In this document: positions 1-14,434 of the stretch, in pieces
Position numbering within the stretch: position 1 is the stretch's first letter
Layout: each line of letters starts with the position of its first letter
Assembly: GCA_039545335.1 (NCBI GenBank)
Contig: BCIN01000002.1
Location: 757,118 to 821,117, forward strand
Source of the DNA: Kondoa subrosea
Lineage: Eukaryota
Length of the DNA: 64,000 nt
Reading direction: 5' to 3'
Program-made: the position numbers and the translations under genes
The notes under the pieces: model-generated
What the model was told of the DNA's origin: nothing
Database searches by the model: none
What the model saw: the letters and a program-made list of their open reading frames with translations, nothing else

Positions 1-32
1 ACGAGACGCAGCGAGACAGAAAGAGAGGTCGC

Positions 33-3000
33 TTAGGCGGAGGCAGAGATGGTTTGAGCTTGAGGAGCGAAACGAGTCGCCCTCAACGATCTCCTTGTCA
101 TACTGCCAGCTGAAGGTAATCGTGATTCGGTCTGAGTGAGGAAGGCGTCGACATCCACAGCTGCTGCTCGACCTTCTTGTATGCCCTGCGTGCATCACAT
201 CGTGAGTACAAATGGAGTGACTCTAAATCATCAAGAACTTACCCATACGATCAAGGATTGACCACGACGAGCATCACCAGCAGCGAAAACACCATCAACG
301 TTGGTAGCGTATTTGCCCTTTGCGGTCTTGATGTTGCTTCGAGGATCTTGCTCAAGACCAAGAGTCTTGATCGCCGCTTCTTCGGGACCCAAGAAACCGA
401 GAGCAAGCAAGCACAACTCGGCAGGGAAGACTATTGGAAGCAAGTTAGACCAATTGTAGCAAAGTAAGGTAAGAAAGGTGAACTTACATTGAGTCGAATT
501 GGGCACTTCAGCCATCTTCCAAGCTCCACTGTGATCCTTTGTCCACTCGACACGCACAGTATTGAGACCCTTCAAGTTGCCTTCTTCATCCTTGACAAAG
601 TCTTTGGTTGAAATGCAGTATTCACGAGGATCTTTGCCAAAGTGTGAAGCAACTTCAGTATGACCGTAGTCAACTCGGAAGATTCTAGGCCAAGTCGGCC
701 AGGGGTTGTCAGACCCACGAGCAGCAGGAGGTTGAGGGAGGAGTTCGAAGTTGGTGACGGAAAGAGCACCATGACGCATTGATGTACCGATGCAATCGTT
801 TCCTGTATCACCACCACCGATCACAATGACATTCTTGCCCTTTGCACTGATGTAGCGACCATCTTCGAGGTTTGAGTCAAGGAGACTGCGAGTGTTTTGA
901 GTAAGAAGTTCCATTGCGAAATGGATTCCATTTGCTTCGCGATTGGCAATTTTCAAGTCCCGAGGCCATGTTGCACCAGTAGCCATGACCAAGGCGTCGT
1001 TGGATGAGCGCAGTTCATGTGGATCAAGATCCCTTCCGATATGAGTGTTGTTGACGAATGTGATGCCTTCATCAGCCATCAAGTCAAGACGTCGTTGAAC
1101 AACCTGTCCCATACGAGCGTCAGCGTTGTTCTGAGTTCCTCGTGACACAACACAACATACCTTCTTGTCCAGCTTCATGTTCGGGATACCGTACATGAGC
1201 AAACCGCCGAATCGGTCGTTTCGCTCATATACGGTAACCGAGTGACCAGCTTTGTTAAGCTGATCTGCACATGCAAGACCAGCTGGTCCAGAGCCGACAA
1301 TGGCGACCTTCTTACCGGTGCGGTAAGCAGGAGGCTGAGGTACCATCCAACCTTCTTCGAAACCTTTGTCGATAATAGCGCACTCGATAGACTTGATTCC
1401 GACTGGAGCTTCATTGATACCCACTGCCAACATGTCATCAGCATTGAATGATAGAAACAGTCAAGTATACATACAGACACAGGCACCTTCGCAAGGCGCA
1501 GGGCAAACTCGACCAGTGAATTCTGGGAAGTTGTTGGTCATAAGAAGACGATTGAGCGCATCTCTCCATTGACCCTTGAAAACAAGATCGTTCCAGCGAG
1601 GGATAATGTTGGAGATAGGACATCCGCTGTCGGACTGGCAGAAAGGAACACCGCAATCCATACATCTTGCTGCTTGAACTTTCAACTCGTTGTCGGTCAA
1701 GCGTGTGCTGAGTTCTCCCCAGTCTTTGGTACGCTTGCGAGGCTATTTCCACATGGTCAGCTCTGTACGCAAGCGAAGGCAAAGAAAGAACCTACGTTGC
1801 GGTATTTCTCAGACAACCGAGCATACTTCATGAAGCCTCTCGTTTTGTCCAGCTTCTCGGCCTTCTTCTTGGTCATTGTATCATCGACCATCGAGTCTTC
1901 GAGATCAACAATAGGAGCTTCGCTATAACCAGCCTTTGCGCCAGGGAATTCAGTACCAGTGTTGGCGGTAGTCTTGGACTTCTGTTCCAAGGTAGAGTTG
2001 TCGTCTTTGAGATCAGCGAAACCTCCCATCTGTGCACGCATCTTCTCTTCGCGAGCCTTCAAGCTTTCGCCTTCTAGGACTGCCTTGTAGTCGAGAGGCA
2101 TGACGCGAACAAATCGAGGCAAAAGCTGGTTGAAGTTCTTGAGAACTCTGCCAGCATGTTCTGAGCCGGTCCAGTGCATATGGTCTTCAATCAAACCACG
2201 AAGTTCGGCAATTTCTTGAGGATCATTGACTGTGCCCAATTCGACTTGTTCCATGTTGACTTTCGACTTAAATTCTTGGCGAATATCAAGAACATAGGCG
2301 ATACCTCCACTCATACCGGCAGCGAAGTTGCGTCCAGTGCTTCCAAGAATGACGACACGACCACCAGTCATGTACTCACATCCATGGTCGCCCACGCCTT
2401 CGACCACAGCGCGGGCACCAGAGTTGCGGACGGCGAATCGTTCGGCTGCGATACCGCTGAAGAAAGCTTCACCAGAAGTAGCGCCATATAAGCAGACGTT
2501 TCCAATGATGACATTCTCTTCGGACTTGAAAGTAGAAACCTTGGGAGGGTAGACGATGAGGCGACCACCAGATAGACCTTTTCCAACGTAATCGTTCGCA
2601 TCACCTTCAAGTTCAAGAGTGATACCTGGAGCAAGGAAAGCGCCCAAAGATTGACCAGCAGATCCTTTCATGTCGACGTGAATAGTATCTTTTGGCAAGC
2701 CTTCTTCTCCGTAGATCTTTGACACACGGTTGGACAGAGTTGTACCAAGAGCTCGGTCGGTGTTGACCACATCGCAATCAATTCTCACAGGCAAACCCTT
2801 AGTCAAAGCTGGCTCGGATTCATCAATAAGCTTGTTGTCGAGACGGATGTACAGCTTGTGGTCTTGCTGACGAGTCTTGTAGGTAGCGACGCCCGGACGC
2901 ATCTTCCAAGCTGGCTTGAGAATGGCACTGAGATCGATGTTGGCAGTCTTTGGGTTGCGAAGTGATTCATCAACGCGAAGCATGTCTGATCGACCAACCA

Positions 3001-6000
3001 TCTCGTTGATAGTACGGAAACCAAGCTTGGCCATGATTTCTCGGAGTTCTTCAGCGACATAGTAGAAGAAGTTGATGACATGTTCTGGCTGACCCTGGAA
3101 CTTCGCTCGAAGTTCAGGATCTTGGGTAGCAATACCAACAGGGCAGGTGTTCAGATGGCATTTGCGCATCTTCAAGATGCAGATCAGCCTGGGCAAATTT
3201 CCGAGAGCGACGTCCACTCACCATGATACAGCCGAGAGCGATCAAAGGAGTAGTAGCGAAACCCCACTCTGTGCAATTCTTGTCAGCTAAATCTAGAAGG
3301 AAATCGAAAAGCCAACCTTCGGCGCCAAGCAAGCAAGCGATAGCTACATCTCGACCAGTTCTGATTTGACCATCGGTTTGAAGAGTAATACGACCACGAA
3401 GATCGTTGAGTACCAAAGTTTGGTGAGTTTCAGCAAGACCAAGTTCCCAAGGCAGACCGGCATATTTGATACCAGTCCATCTTGATGCTCCCGTACCACC
3501 ATCGTGGCCAGAGATAAGGATGTGGTCGGCTTTAGCTTTAGCGACACCTGATGCGACAATACCGACTCCGACTTCGGAAACGAGTTTGACGGAAACACGA
3601 GAGCGCGGGTTGGAGCATTTCAAATCGTAAATGAGTTGCTTGAGATCTTCAATGGAGTAGATATCGTGATGGGGAGGAGGAGAGATAAGACCGACACCTG
3701 GAGTGGAGTGACGAGTTCGACCAATAGACTTGGAAACTTTGTGACCTGGCAATTCACCACCTTCACCAGGCTTAGCACCTTGAGCCATTTTGATCTGAAT
3801 CTCATCTGCGTCGGCAAGATAGTTTGAGGTAACACCGAATCGACCAGAAGCGACTTGCTTGATAGCGGATCGAAGCGAATCACCGTTAGGCAAAGGAGTA
3901 GATCTTTCGGCATCTTCACCACCTTCACCAGTGTTTGACTTGCCGCCAAGTCTGTTCATAGCGACAGCGAGAGTAGAGTGCGATTCCATCGAAATTGAAC
4001 CGTAGGACATAGCACCAGTTACGAAGCGCTTGACGATATCATGCCAGGGCTCGACCTGATCGATAGGGATGACTTCCTGCACGGTGGAGAAATCGAAGTC
4101 GAGGAGACCACGAAGAGTGACGGCGCGAACTTGTTGACGAGCATTCTCGGCGTAAGCTTCATATGACTTCTTGTTTTTGGTCCGAACAGCATCTTGCAGG
4201 TTGGCCATAGCGAGAGGATCGTTGATGTGAGCTTCACCGCCATCTCTCCAATGATATTCACCTGATTCGGGAAGACCAGGAGGAATGACAGAGTTGGTAG
4301 AAGGATAACCACGTTCGTGGTATTCGAAAGCGTCCATAGCAAGAAGATCGAAGGTTGCACCTTGGATTCTGCTTGCGGTTCCGGTGAAGCACTTTTCGAC
4401 GACTGAAGAGTCGAGACCGAGGATTTCGAAGATTTGGGCTGCTTTGTAGGATTGCAGAGTAGAGATACCCATCTTGGACATGACTTTGAGGATACCGTTG
4501 TCAACTGCATGAATGTAGTTGTGTATAACATCATCTGCTGTGAGACCTCCCTTGATTAAACCTTCACGTTCAAGCTTGAGCATAGCTTCCATGCAAAGGT
4601 AAGGGTTGACCGCATCAGCACCATATCCGACCAAGACACACATGTGGTGCACTTCTCTTGCTTCGGCGGTTTCGACAATGAGAGCAATCTTGCTGCGTTG
4701 TTTTGAGCCGACTAAGTAATGGTGAACACCACCGCAAGCAGCCAAAGCAGAGACCGCAATGCGTTCAGCGTTGACACCACGATCGGAAAGGATGAGAACA
4801 CGCATGCCATCAGCGATTGCTTGACTTGCTTCCTTGAAAACACGTTCTAGGCAAGTTTTGTAACCCGGAAGACCTTCTGATTTAGGGAATGTAAGATCGA
4901 GAGTACGAGAAGGCCAGTCTTGATGAACGTCATCGAGCTTCTTGAGTGCTTGAGTCTCTTCAACAGTCAAGATAGGTGAAGATAAGAGAAGACGATGACA
5001 TTGTTCAGGGCGCATTTCGAGGAGATTGCCTTCGAAACCGACGTAGCATTCAAGCGACATGACAATGTTCTCACGGATGGGATCGATAGGAGGATTAGTG
5101 ACTTGAGCGAAGAGCTGACGGAAGTAGTCGTAAATAAGACGAGGTTGAGTAGCCATGCAAGCGAGAGGTGCATCGTTTGCCATGGAACCGAGAGCTTCCT
5201 TTCCGTCGTTGATCATAGGACGGAGAAGAAGGTCGAGCTGTTCGAAAGTGTAACCGAAAGCTTGAAGCTTGGGATCGGTGGAAATGGTGTAGTCGTCAAG
5301 AACGATGCCAAGGTTCATTCCCTTTGCTCGTTCTTTCTTCATAATAGATGGAAGCTTGAGCATTTGACCATCTACCCAATCGGCAAATTTCTGTCGACCG
5401 GCAGTCTTCATCTTGAGTTCCTTGTCATCAACAATTCTTCCCTCGACGGTATCAACCAATAACATCTTTCCAGGTTGAAGACGTCCCTTGTGGGTGATTT
5501 TCTCAGGTTCAATGTAGATAGTACCGACTTCAGAAGCACAAATCATGATATCTTCGTTTGTAGTGACCCATCTGCATGGACGAAGACCGTTTCTGTCCAA
5601 ATTGGCACCACAGTATCGACCGTCGGAGAAAGTGAAGAGTGCCGGACCATCCCATGGCTCCATTAGGCATGCTGCCCATTGGTAGAAGGCGACCTTTTCA
5701 GGTTCCATGTCCGCATTGTCTTGCCACGCTTCAGGTACCATCATCATGACTGCTTCAGGTAAAGTGACAACACCATTGACGACCAACAATTCGAGGACGT
5801 TATCGAAAGCAGCTGAATCAGATCCACCGACTTCAATAATAGGGTAAAGCATTGGCAGTTCATCGCCAAAGTTGGCAGAGACCAAATTGCCTTCACGAGC
5901 TCTCATCCAGTTCTTGTTACCTCGAAGGGTATTGATTTCACCATTGTGAGCTGCCCATCTCATAGGTTGAGCACGATCCCAAGATGGGAAAGTGTTGGTA

Positions 6001-7169
6001 GAGAATCGAGAGTGGACAAGACAGAAGTGAGACTTGAACAGGACGTGGCTATAAAACGGCTGTTAGTCGACTAATAATGCTGATAAGCGCAAGACTTACT
6101 TCAAATCATGATAATAGTTGTAGACCTGGGGTGGCGATAGCTGACCCTTGTAGACAATGTTCTGAGGGCTCAGAGAGCAGATGTAGAACCAGTTTGCAAG
6201 AGTGATGGTGTGAGTGGCATGCTTGCGCAGAACGTAAAGCTGGCGGTTAAAGTACTTCTCGTCGAAAGCCTTGCCAGACGAGCTCTTCAAAACAACCATA
6301 GGTTGGATGACCAAAGGTTCTCTGCTCAATGCAGCGGGACCAAGAATAGAATTGTCGCGAGGCACTTCTCGCCAACCGATGACCTGCAGATCGAGAGAGT
6401 CTGCGATCTTTTCGAATGTAGCCCGATGTTCAGCTTGAGTATCTTTGGCATGAGGCTTGAGGAAGACGTTGCCGACTGCATATTGACCAAGAGGAGGTAC
6501 AGTGCAACCCAGATCACGTTCGAATTCTCTTCGGAAGAAAGCATCTGGCATTCCAACCATAACACTGGAAAACTTATGAGCTCAAATGCTGAGCATATGA
6601 GACCTAAAAGCTTACCCTGCACCATCACCATCTCTAGCATCGGCACCAGTAGCACCGCGATGGGTCATGTTGCATAGCAATGATCTTGCATCGGTAACAA
6701 TTTTATGCGAAGGTTGTCCTTTGATATGGCAGACCTAGAGCCATTAAAGTGTAAGTCGTATTCCTCTGTTCAATCGCATTGACGTACGAAGCCGACACCG
6801 CATGCATCCTTTTCATTTTCCGGGTCTAATAACAACCGAAAGTTAGCACCGCAAATCGCTCCACAACAGGCGTAGACGAACCATATAGACCTTGCTGAAG
6901 ACATAACGAGGATTCAATCAGCACACATCCCTGACTAGAAAGATTCGATCCTGACTCACAGCAGCAGGCAATGCTCCCGCCCATAAAGTATCTGATCTTT
7001 CTACATTTTCTGCTTGAGCCAACAAATCGGCGTCATCCTCTAGATCGATCTGAGAAGTAGAAGCTGTTGGGATTTCATGCTCTTGAACTTCTGTTGCGAA
7101 TCTAACTCTTGCTGGTTTATCTGCTTGAAACTGTCTGGATTGAGTGGCGGGTTTGACGCTATCGAGCAT
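33..7169 (-). CDS. GLT1: NADH-dependent glutamate synthase (GOGAT), multi-exon, complete
   Basis: ORFs 6918-7169, 6096-6560, 3114-5963, 1757-3217, 1461-1700 and 231-1433 give [63 protein letters not shown] and GGGDTGNDC. The last exon ([13 protein letters not shown]...ASA*) ends at a TAA at 33-35. Confidence 0.97.
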
Positions 7170-7288
7170 AATATAGCCTAGATGTGTTAGGCTGTTCGAA
7201 AGTGGAAAGATTTGGTGGTCGAGAGCAAGAAGGTTGAGAAGATCAATTGAGTTGATTTGCAGATATTTGGTTGAAACAAAGGATCGAA

Positions 7289-7617
7289 GATAAATGGAGG
7301 GAAGGGGAAGGAAGGAAGAGACCAGTTAGCTACTGTCTATTCTGTGGCTGCTCTGCCCTAGACTAACCTTTTTTGTGGAGCTGTCGATTGCAAAAGTTAC
7401 GGGCCAATAAGACTAAGAGTATTTCTCGCTAAATGTAAATCGAGTGTATCGCCTTCTGTTATCTAGGCGCTGTCAAGAACAAGGTATAGCTCTGTGCTGT
7501 GTGCTGATAGGGAGTATAGGCACTGCTTGACGGTTCAATAAAACGCCCACAAGAATTTATCAACCTGTTTACCAACTACGGATCAAAGCCGCGGATGTCT
7601 CTCGACTCCATCTTATC
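7289..7617. promoter_or_regulatory. GATA cores upstream of GLT1 (possible nitrogen regulation)
   Basis: GATAA at 7289, TTATC at 7459 and 7557, GATAG at 7506, CTTATC at 7612. Confidence 0.35.
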
Positions 7618-7767
7618 ACATCCTAGTTTTCCCGAAGCTGGAGATTAAGGGCACTAGCATTACTAACAGGTCAGGTCACAGCGAACAGTATATCGAGGCC
7701 AGTCGATCAAGAACCAATGGAATTGCAGTGTTGTTAACCCGTATCAACATCTGTCGGATTCAATCGG

Positions 7768-9212
7768 TCAGGTCCTTGAGTCACTACACACAAAGTGCTC
7801 ACCCATTGATAGATCACCGCTGAAGATTGCAAACACCAGAAAGCCAACAGAATAAGCAGGTACGAATGTCAATAACCGACTTCTCCGTCCGACCCTTCTT
7901 GCTGTCTTTCTTAATTCATTTCCACCATCGTTCATGGATCCACCTAATGCAGGATGTGACGATAACCGAGGCTGAACAGTATCACCTGACGTAGATCGCA
8001 CGAATGCTGACCAGCCTTTTTGTCGCAGAGCTTGTCGCAAACAACTTGATGCGGCGGGAAGAGTGGCAGGAGGTCGTGGTACAGATGTTTTAGCTTGATG
8101 ATAATTCTTCCAATCTTTTGCCCATTGAACTCTAGACTGCCATATAATAGCTCTTGCAACCTGCTTTTGTGCTTTAGCTTAAGTGATTGAAGCATAACGA
8201 AGAAGGACCTCACATCGAAGGGTCTTCCGATAATTCCGTAGCTCAGGCCAGCCATACCTCCAAAAAATATAATGCATGTAGCTTGTATGATACGAGGAAG
8301 CCAAAGTTTGTCTGAGAAGATGCTATATTTGCCTAATTCTTGTCTGAGTCGACGTGCTACATTTCTTCCCGCTTCAAAGACAGAGAAGAAGCAAGAGAAA
8401 CCTACATCACATCTGTGAGCGATAACCTGTTGAAGTGAAATTCGTATTCCCGACTTACCTAGCGAATCTCGACATACTGTCAAAGCAAACATACTCCAAC
8501 CCCTAGTAGCGAATCTCTTGAGACTTCTGGCAAATGTGAAGGTACTCTCGGCGGGATGGTTTACAGGTAAGAGAAAAGAAGGTCTAGCAGCACTCTTGAG
8601 AACAGAAATCCACCCAGGCCAGGCCTTTTTGCTGTGCGTCTGCTCATTCACTACGAAGCGAATATTATCGAGCGGTGAACTGATGCAGCTCTGAGCTGTT
8701 CCAGCACAAAAGCCTGATAACGCCGGTGTGAAAATGGGTGAAATGCCACTGCTTTTGAAATAAGCTTCGCTAGTTCCGTATGCCGTAAAGAGAGTGAATC
8801 CGACAGCCGAATTGAGTATGAGCGGGACCATCTAATCCTAAGGCAAATAAGCTGTCAAGCTTGATTAGGTAAGCAATTGCGCTGCACCATATGTCTCGAG
8901 CAGAACCTGGCAAGCCCATCTTCCCTTATAGCCCTTCGCAAGAAATTGAGATTGACCAGCTCTCCCTTCTCACGAGCCAATGCTTTTATCGCATCATACG
9001 CTGATATTTTTGACGGCCTGCCAAAAACCAAAGGGCACAAATCAACATTTTGATAGACAGGTCGTCGAAGTGAGCTACCGAAAAAGTCGAATAGGTCGAG
9101 AGAAGGCAAGCAGTATAGTGCTGAATACGCTTCGACTTAAGGCAGACGGTAATGCAGAACTCGAGCTCGTCACTTCACGTTGATTGGAGGCTTTGGCAGT
9201 CGCAGCAGACAT
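7768..9212 (-). CDS. Divergent mitochondrial-carrier-like membrane protein
   Basis: Carrier-type Px[DE]xx[RK] segments (SSPLDNIRF, GRPFD), RDSLG...FFSVFE and hydrophobic helices, spread over ORFs 9075-9305, 8855-9109, 7944-8831 and 7768-8040. Confidence 0.7.
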
Positions 9213-9479
9213 GGTATCATATCTTAGTAAACAGGCGCGTGCATATGACACAAGTCTGTCGTAAGGTGAAAACAGAGTCGCCCTTTGAGAAGAAAATGCG
9301 TTCATTTAGTTTTCAGCGTAAGCTACATGCTGCGGATGAAGAACGGCAGTGAAGAACACATTGCTACATTCCAGTCATCCAACTACTGCCAGCTCTGGAA
9401 GTATCAAGACCTTCTAGACCGAAAAGCTAGTATGGAGAGAATCAGCAGGCATCATCATGTGAAGAACACAAACAGCTCA

Positions 9480-12272
9480 CTAGATCTTCCCATCCTTTGT
9501 CGGCTTGATTCACTTCGAATCCAGCGAAAGAATCAGAACTGGGTACAAATTAGTAAGCGAAGACTCTTCTCATACAAGAGCCTACTTCTGAAAACTACTC
9601 CAGAGCGCATCTGTAGCTCGACTTTCAAGATCGGAAATAAAAGAAGGTGGTGAGATTCCATTGACCGGATCAGTAAACGCAGAAGCGCCGAAATTTGGAC
9701 TGTCAAGAGGTTGTTGCTGTAATGGTGGTATATTGATAGCATAGAGCGAATGAGGACTTGTCGCAGACATCGAAAGATGCGCGTCAGGTGTAAGACCTGA
9801 GGTTGATGACCGATCTGATGAGACTCCATCTGCTACCCGTTGAAGAACTGCTTTGATAGACTCGGCGTTGGCTGATTGTCTTGACTGTCGCTTTTCGGCT
9901 AGGGCAAGAAGTAGTGATTCAACAACGCGACGTGCTTGACTGCAAAGTAACATTAGCAGGCAATACAGTTTTGGATTCTAAACGTACGAGGCAACTTGTC
10001 GGACACTCTCGTTGAAAGCGCCTTCTCCCAGCCGCAAATGAGCTAGAGCTTTCATCAGATACACACTCTTGCGCTGGAGATCTGCATTTGAATCGCTCTC
10101 TTCTAGTAGGTGAATTGACATCCATAAAACAATAGCAGCGCCTGAACCAGGGTCAGTGTTTGTACAATCAGGCAGAAGATGGTAATATACCTAGAGTCTC
10201 CACATAGCTGCTCCAGTAACCCAGAATCGGCGTGTTTTGTAGGGGTTCCAAAGTGGAAATGATGACTTTGGCAGACTCGATGCAAGAAGTAGTACTGAAG
10301 AAGAAGGCAGACCGTTTGTCTTTGAGTCCGCGACTGAAGAAAGGTCGATGTAGGCGCAATATCCGGTTGTGGAAAGCTCGATGTATGGTATTTCTTCGCC
10401 ATTCATCTGCTGGTCTCTTTGAGGTAGAAGGAGAGCCAGAACCTAGGTCATCTGTGAGTTTGGCGAAGATAGTCCTCAGCTCGCTATCCTGCATGCTCAG
10501 GATATGCTTTAGCCCGTATCAAGTTTCATCGACGAAAGCTCACCGCTTTCAGTATTTGGTCGTAATTGATGCTATGACCCGATTGTAAGCTCGATACCTT
10601 TCGTTGATGCTTTCCACTACGATCTACTGATCAGCACGATACGAGCACGGAAATAATTACCTTACAGCTCAAATCGTGCCACTTCATAAGTAATATCTGT
10701 CATCTCGTTCTGCGGCCTAGGTCTGACCTCTACTCTAGTTCCGTCGAGATCTTCATCGTTCTGTTCAATATATCAGTCATTACGTACTTGCGAAGGTCAG
10801 ATAATGCGCACCAGATTGAGCGGTAATGCGGTATCGAAATCGTCTGGATGTATGGAAGTGAGATTGCTCCGTAATGAAGTTTGCCAATCGAGGAGGACCA
10901 ATCGGATCCACAACCTTTTGGCCATTTCCCTCTTGAGACAATTTGGACCTGCAGGCCAAGCAGGATCTTCATCCGGCATCGAATTTGGGTCATCACCTAA
11001 TCGATGTAGACCTTTCAATTGAGCTATCCTAAGTGCTGCTCCTAACCATATAGTGAAATGTGTGGTGTTGAGATCTGGGCCAGAAAAATGATTGCTGAAT
11101 GCACCAAAGAGTAGGACGGTAGAGCAGGAACGGATTTGTGGCTTAGAATCCCATTTCGCTAGCCTGAGAGCAGCTTGTGAAGCAGAGAAGAGCTTCTCGG
11201 GCAGCTCTTTGATCTGTACCTCTGTCATAGCTGAATTGATTGGCTAAAATCATCGATCTCATGAGCAAAGACAGAACAATTAGCACAAAAGAACGTACTG
11301 CAGGCAAATCTCGAGATAAAGACGAAACAGCGATGCAGAGGGTCATCAGATAAAGGGCAAGCCATGCTGGGTCGACAAGGCTGTATTGACCAGATGCTCG
11401 AAGTTGTTGATATTCTTGGTACTCTGCCATAAAAGTAGGTCTATGAAGTACCTGTAGCTTTTGATGAGCGCGTTCACTGAGGAACTATACAAACGAACAG
11501 TCCAGGACCACGCTTGCTTCTCAAAGTACAAGTTGATTAACCCATCGCATACTGCTTGTGACGCTGGCAAAGCAGAATGGATGGCCATAATCTCTTGCTG
11601 CCTCAGCATTCTAGCCATATCGTTTTCCAACAAAGCTTCTTCACAAAAGACGGAAGTCAAGTTTCCATTGGGTATCCGATATTGCTGAGTTTGGGAAGTG
11701 CTCATGGTCCGTCTTCTCGAACCAGGTTCTTGTATACCTTTGCCCATAGCAATCTCTTCCAGTACTTTAGCTGCATCTTCATCGTCTAGATCTTCAGAAG
11801 CGATCTCTGTTCCTGAAGTAGTTCTCGGCCGCGTACTGCGAGTAGTATTGCGAGGACTGGACGTGCGAGAAGGATTGACAGAAGGAGGTACAGACTGTAG
11901 GAAGAAGTTGGGATGGGTAGTACTAGATGTAGAAGCATGCGATGAAGTACCGCTTCGAATCAACTCTTCAAGACTAGCTACTCTCGCTCGCAAAGTTTCC
12001 AGGTCTTCAGCTAAAGCAAAAGGTTGAGGCTCCACAGTAACTGCTGGATCTTCCCACCGACAGTTTGCTGCTTCATTACGTTTCAAGCAACTCGCGCAAG
12101 GTGATTTCCTGTCACATTTGATCTTCCGTCTCTTGCATTCAGTGCAGCTCAGTGCAGTCCTATTCCGCTTCCTCTTTGGCTGCCCTGGTACATCCTCATC
12201 GTGGTCCTCGCTTCTATCTCTGATCAGAAGATTTGTAGTCGGCGAACCTATCGAATGCAGCGATATGTCCAT
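9480..12272 (-). CDS. Zn(II)2Cys6 transcription factor with fungal-specific TF (middle homology) domain
   Basis: CTECKRRKIKCDRKSPCASCLKRNEAANC; downstream ALRIAQLKGLHR, EMAKRLWIRLVLLDW, DTALPLN and LRLHRPF. Confidence 0.92.
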
Positions 12273-12577
12273 GCCAGGTGGAATAACGAGAGCAGAGAGT
12301 ATAGGGTTGCTGATGCAAGACAAGAATTTGAGCGCATAACTCTCCAATTTAACCCCGCGTGTCGAATTCAATCTCGGCATGAAGGCGGCACTCTGGACCT
12401 ACAAGAGTGAACTCGACGAGCAATTGCTCACTACACTGCAGGATTCCACTAATGTACAACACGCTTATTTATATTACATTGGTACAGCATTGTACATTGA
12501 TTCCGCAAATCTTACGCGTCGAAACAGCAGTCCACTGCCCTGTTCGTGACAGCAAAGCATCCATAAGAGTCATCAAT

Positions 12578-13750
12578 TCAGGTGCCAGCCTGCGGATATT
12601 GAAGAGTGCTGATATCTCCATAGATGATATTGGTCAGAGCATTTTCACAATAGCTGTACGACACCCGACTGGAATGAACAGCTATTGCTGCGAGCCAACG
12701 GTATACGTACATTGCTTTCTTAGGCTTGAAGTCTTGCAAATTATGTAATGTTCCAGCCATCACTTCAACCCGTGATTGCGCAGGCACATAACAGAAGAGA
12801 CTAGCAACTCCTGCATGAGATATGATTCAATGACAGCGAAGGAATACAGTACCTGCTACCGCACTCTGCGCAACTCTGACGAATATTGCCGGGACTGTGT
12901 TCATACTCTATCAAAGGGAACGGAGGTTTATCGAGAGGCAGCAGCGAATCCTTTTCGTCAATGAAGTGGACATCTTTTACAGAGAAAGAGATAGAACTCA
13001 ATCCCAGCGAGCCAGTCCATTTCCGACATCTTTCAGAGGAATCATCAGAAACATTCATTGTAAGCATAGAACTACTTGAACTCACGACGTGCAATGACAA
13101 TGATGCGGATCTTGACCTTGACTAACAGGTTTACCGATCTTGTAACGAATGCGTCCACAGATACATAAACCGTCTTCCGGCTTAGCTTTAACAGGTTCAT
13201 TCTGTTCAATCTTGCCGTCACTGTCACATCATCAAGAAATCGTTGAGCTTTAGCTTCGGACAAACACATACTCCTGCTGCTGATATACTGCTACATCTTC
13301 TCCCTTGATACTGATAGGACAATGTAGTAATTTATTTTCCGCAAAGATCTCGAGTTTAGGATTGAATTGCTTGATGTATTCCTCGTCCAAAGATCCAACC
13401 ATAAGATTGATGGTCGCGAAGACAGGAACATAGGTGAAGAGACTGGAAGCGCAGCGTACACAGAAGTATCGATAAGTTCCTTCTGGACTTGCTGCATTAG
13501 CTGCAGTGCTGTAGGCTTTCATTGTAGAAGGAATCTTTTCGATAAAGGGATGTGCTTCATCTGATTCACCAGAGAAGAGCGTGATATCCTTCGGCGAGAA
13601 CTCAATAGCTGCATAAACCAGCGTGCCAGTCTTTCTGCGACAGATTGAGCAGTGACAGAGGCGCGGATCTTGGCTTTGAGACATAGGTCTACTGATGGAG
13701 TAGCGGTTTAGCCTGCAGAGGCAGCTGCCAGTGGTGTTCGAGCTTGCCAT
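12578..13750 (-). CDS. GFA/Mss4-like (CENP-V family) Zn-binding protein with two tandem GFA domains
   Basis: Domain 1: GSCLC..CHCSICRRKTG..RYFCVRCASSL. A GTATGT..ACAG intron joins it to domain 2: GLCICG..HCHCTS/CRKWTG..RQSCAECGS/LF..MAGTL. Confidence 0.85.
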
Positions 13751-14434
13751 TGGAATCTCAAAGATTAAGATTAGGACAGAGCGATTCGAGTGTCCATATC
13801 ATGTGGATTCACAGCGCTAGCAGTAGCCTGCCATGCGGATGCAGTCTGAAGCAGAGCAATATTACGGAACCGGTTTCTGAGAAGAGTCAATTTCGCAGAT
13901 ATTAGTCAGCATATGTATGCAAGTTATACATATTTCTTGTGTTACCAACATCTTTGACAAGACGAGGCATTAAGCCTGGTATGCAATTGCCCGGTATCAC
14001 CCATTTCCAGTCCACTTCACTGTCTGCAACCTTACCGAACCACTCGATGATATTGGCTTGATATTCTCTTTGTGCACCGCTTGCCGGTTCTACTTTTCGC
14101 CATCGACTATTCAGCTAGACTGAATATACGAAATTAGAGACTCCCTTCGCGTACAGAGAGCCTTGGACCGACATTTGACAGAATGCGCCAAAAGTCAATG
14201 CGATCCAATCTATAGCAAGCGGCAACAGGCGCAAGGTATTCGACGACAGTGCCAGTCCATCTGTTGCATATCGTCTATAGTGCCGTATGAGCATCATTAC
14301 CCATCAATGGGAGGCTGGGCATACCTTCGTAGCACTACGATGCGGCGCTTCTTCCTCGATATTGAAGATACGCAAACAATTGCCAATCGGTTTGACGCAT
14401 CCGATTACATACGACGTCCATCAACAGGAACCAA

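Noticed and set aside
177..6677. Many plus-strand and alternate-frame ORFs over GLT1 (and similar shadows over other genes)
   Set aside because: They are antisense or off-frame by-products of codon bias with no motifs.
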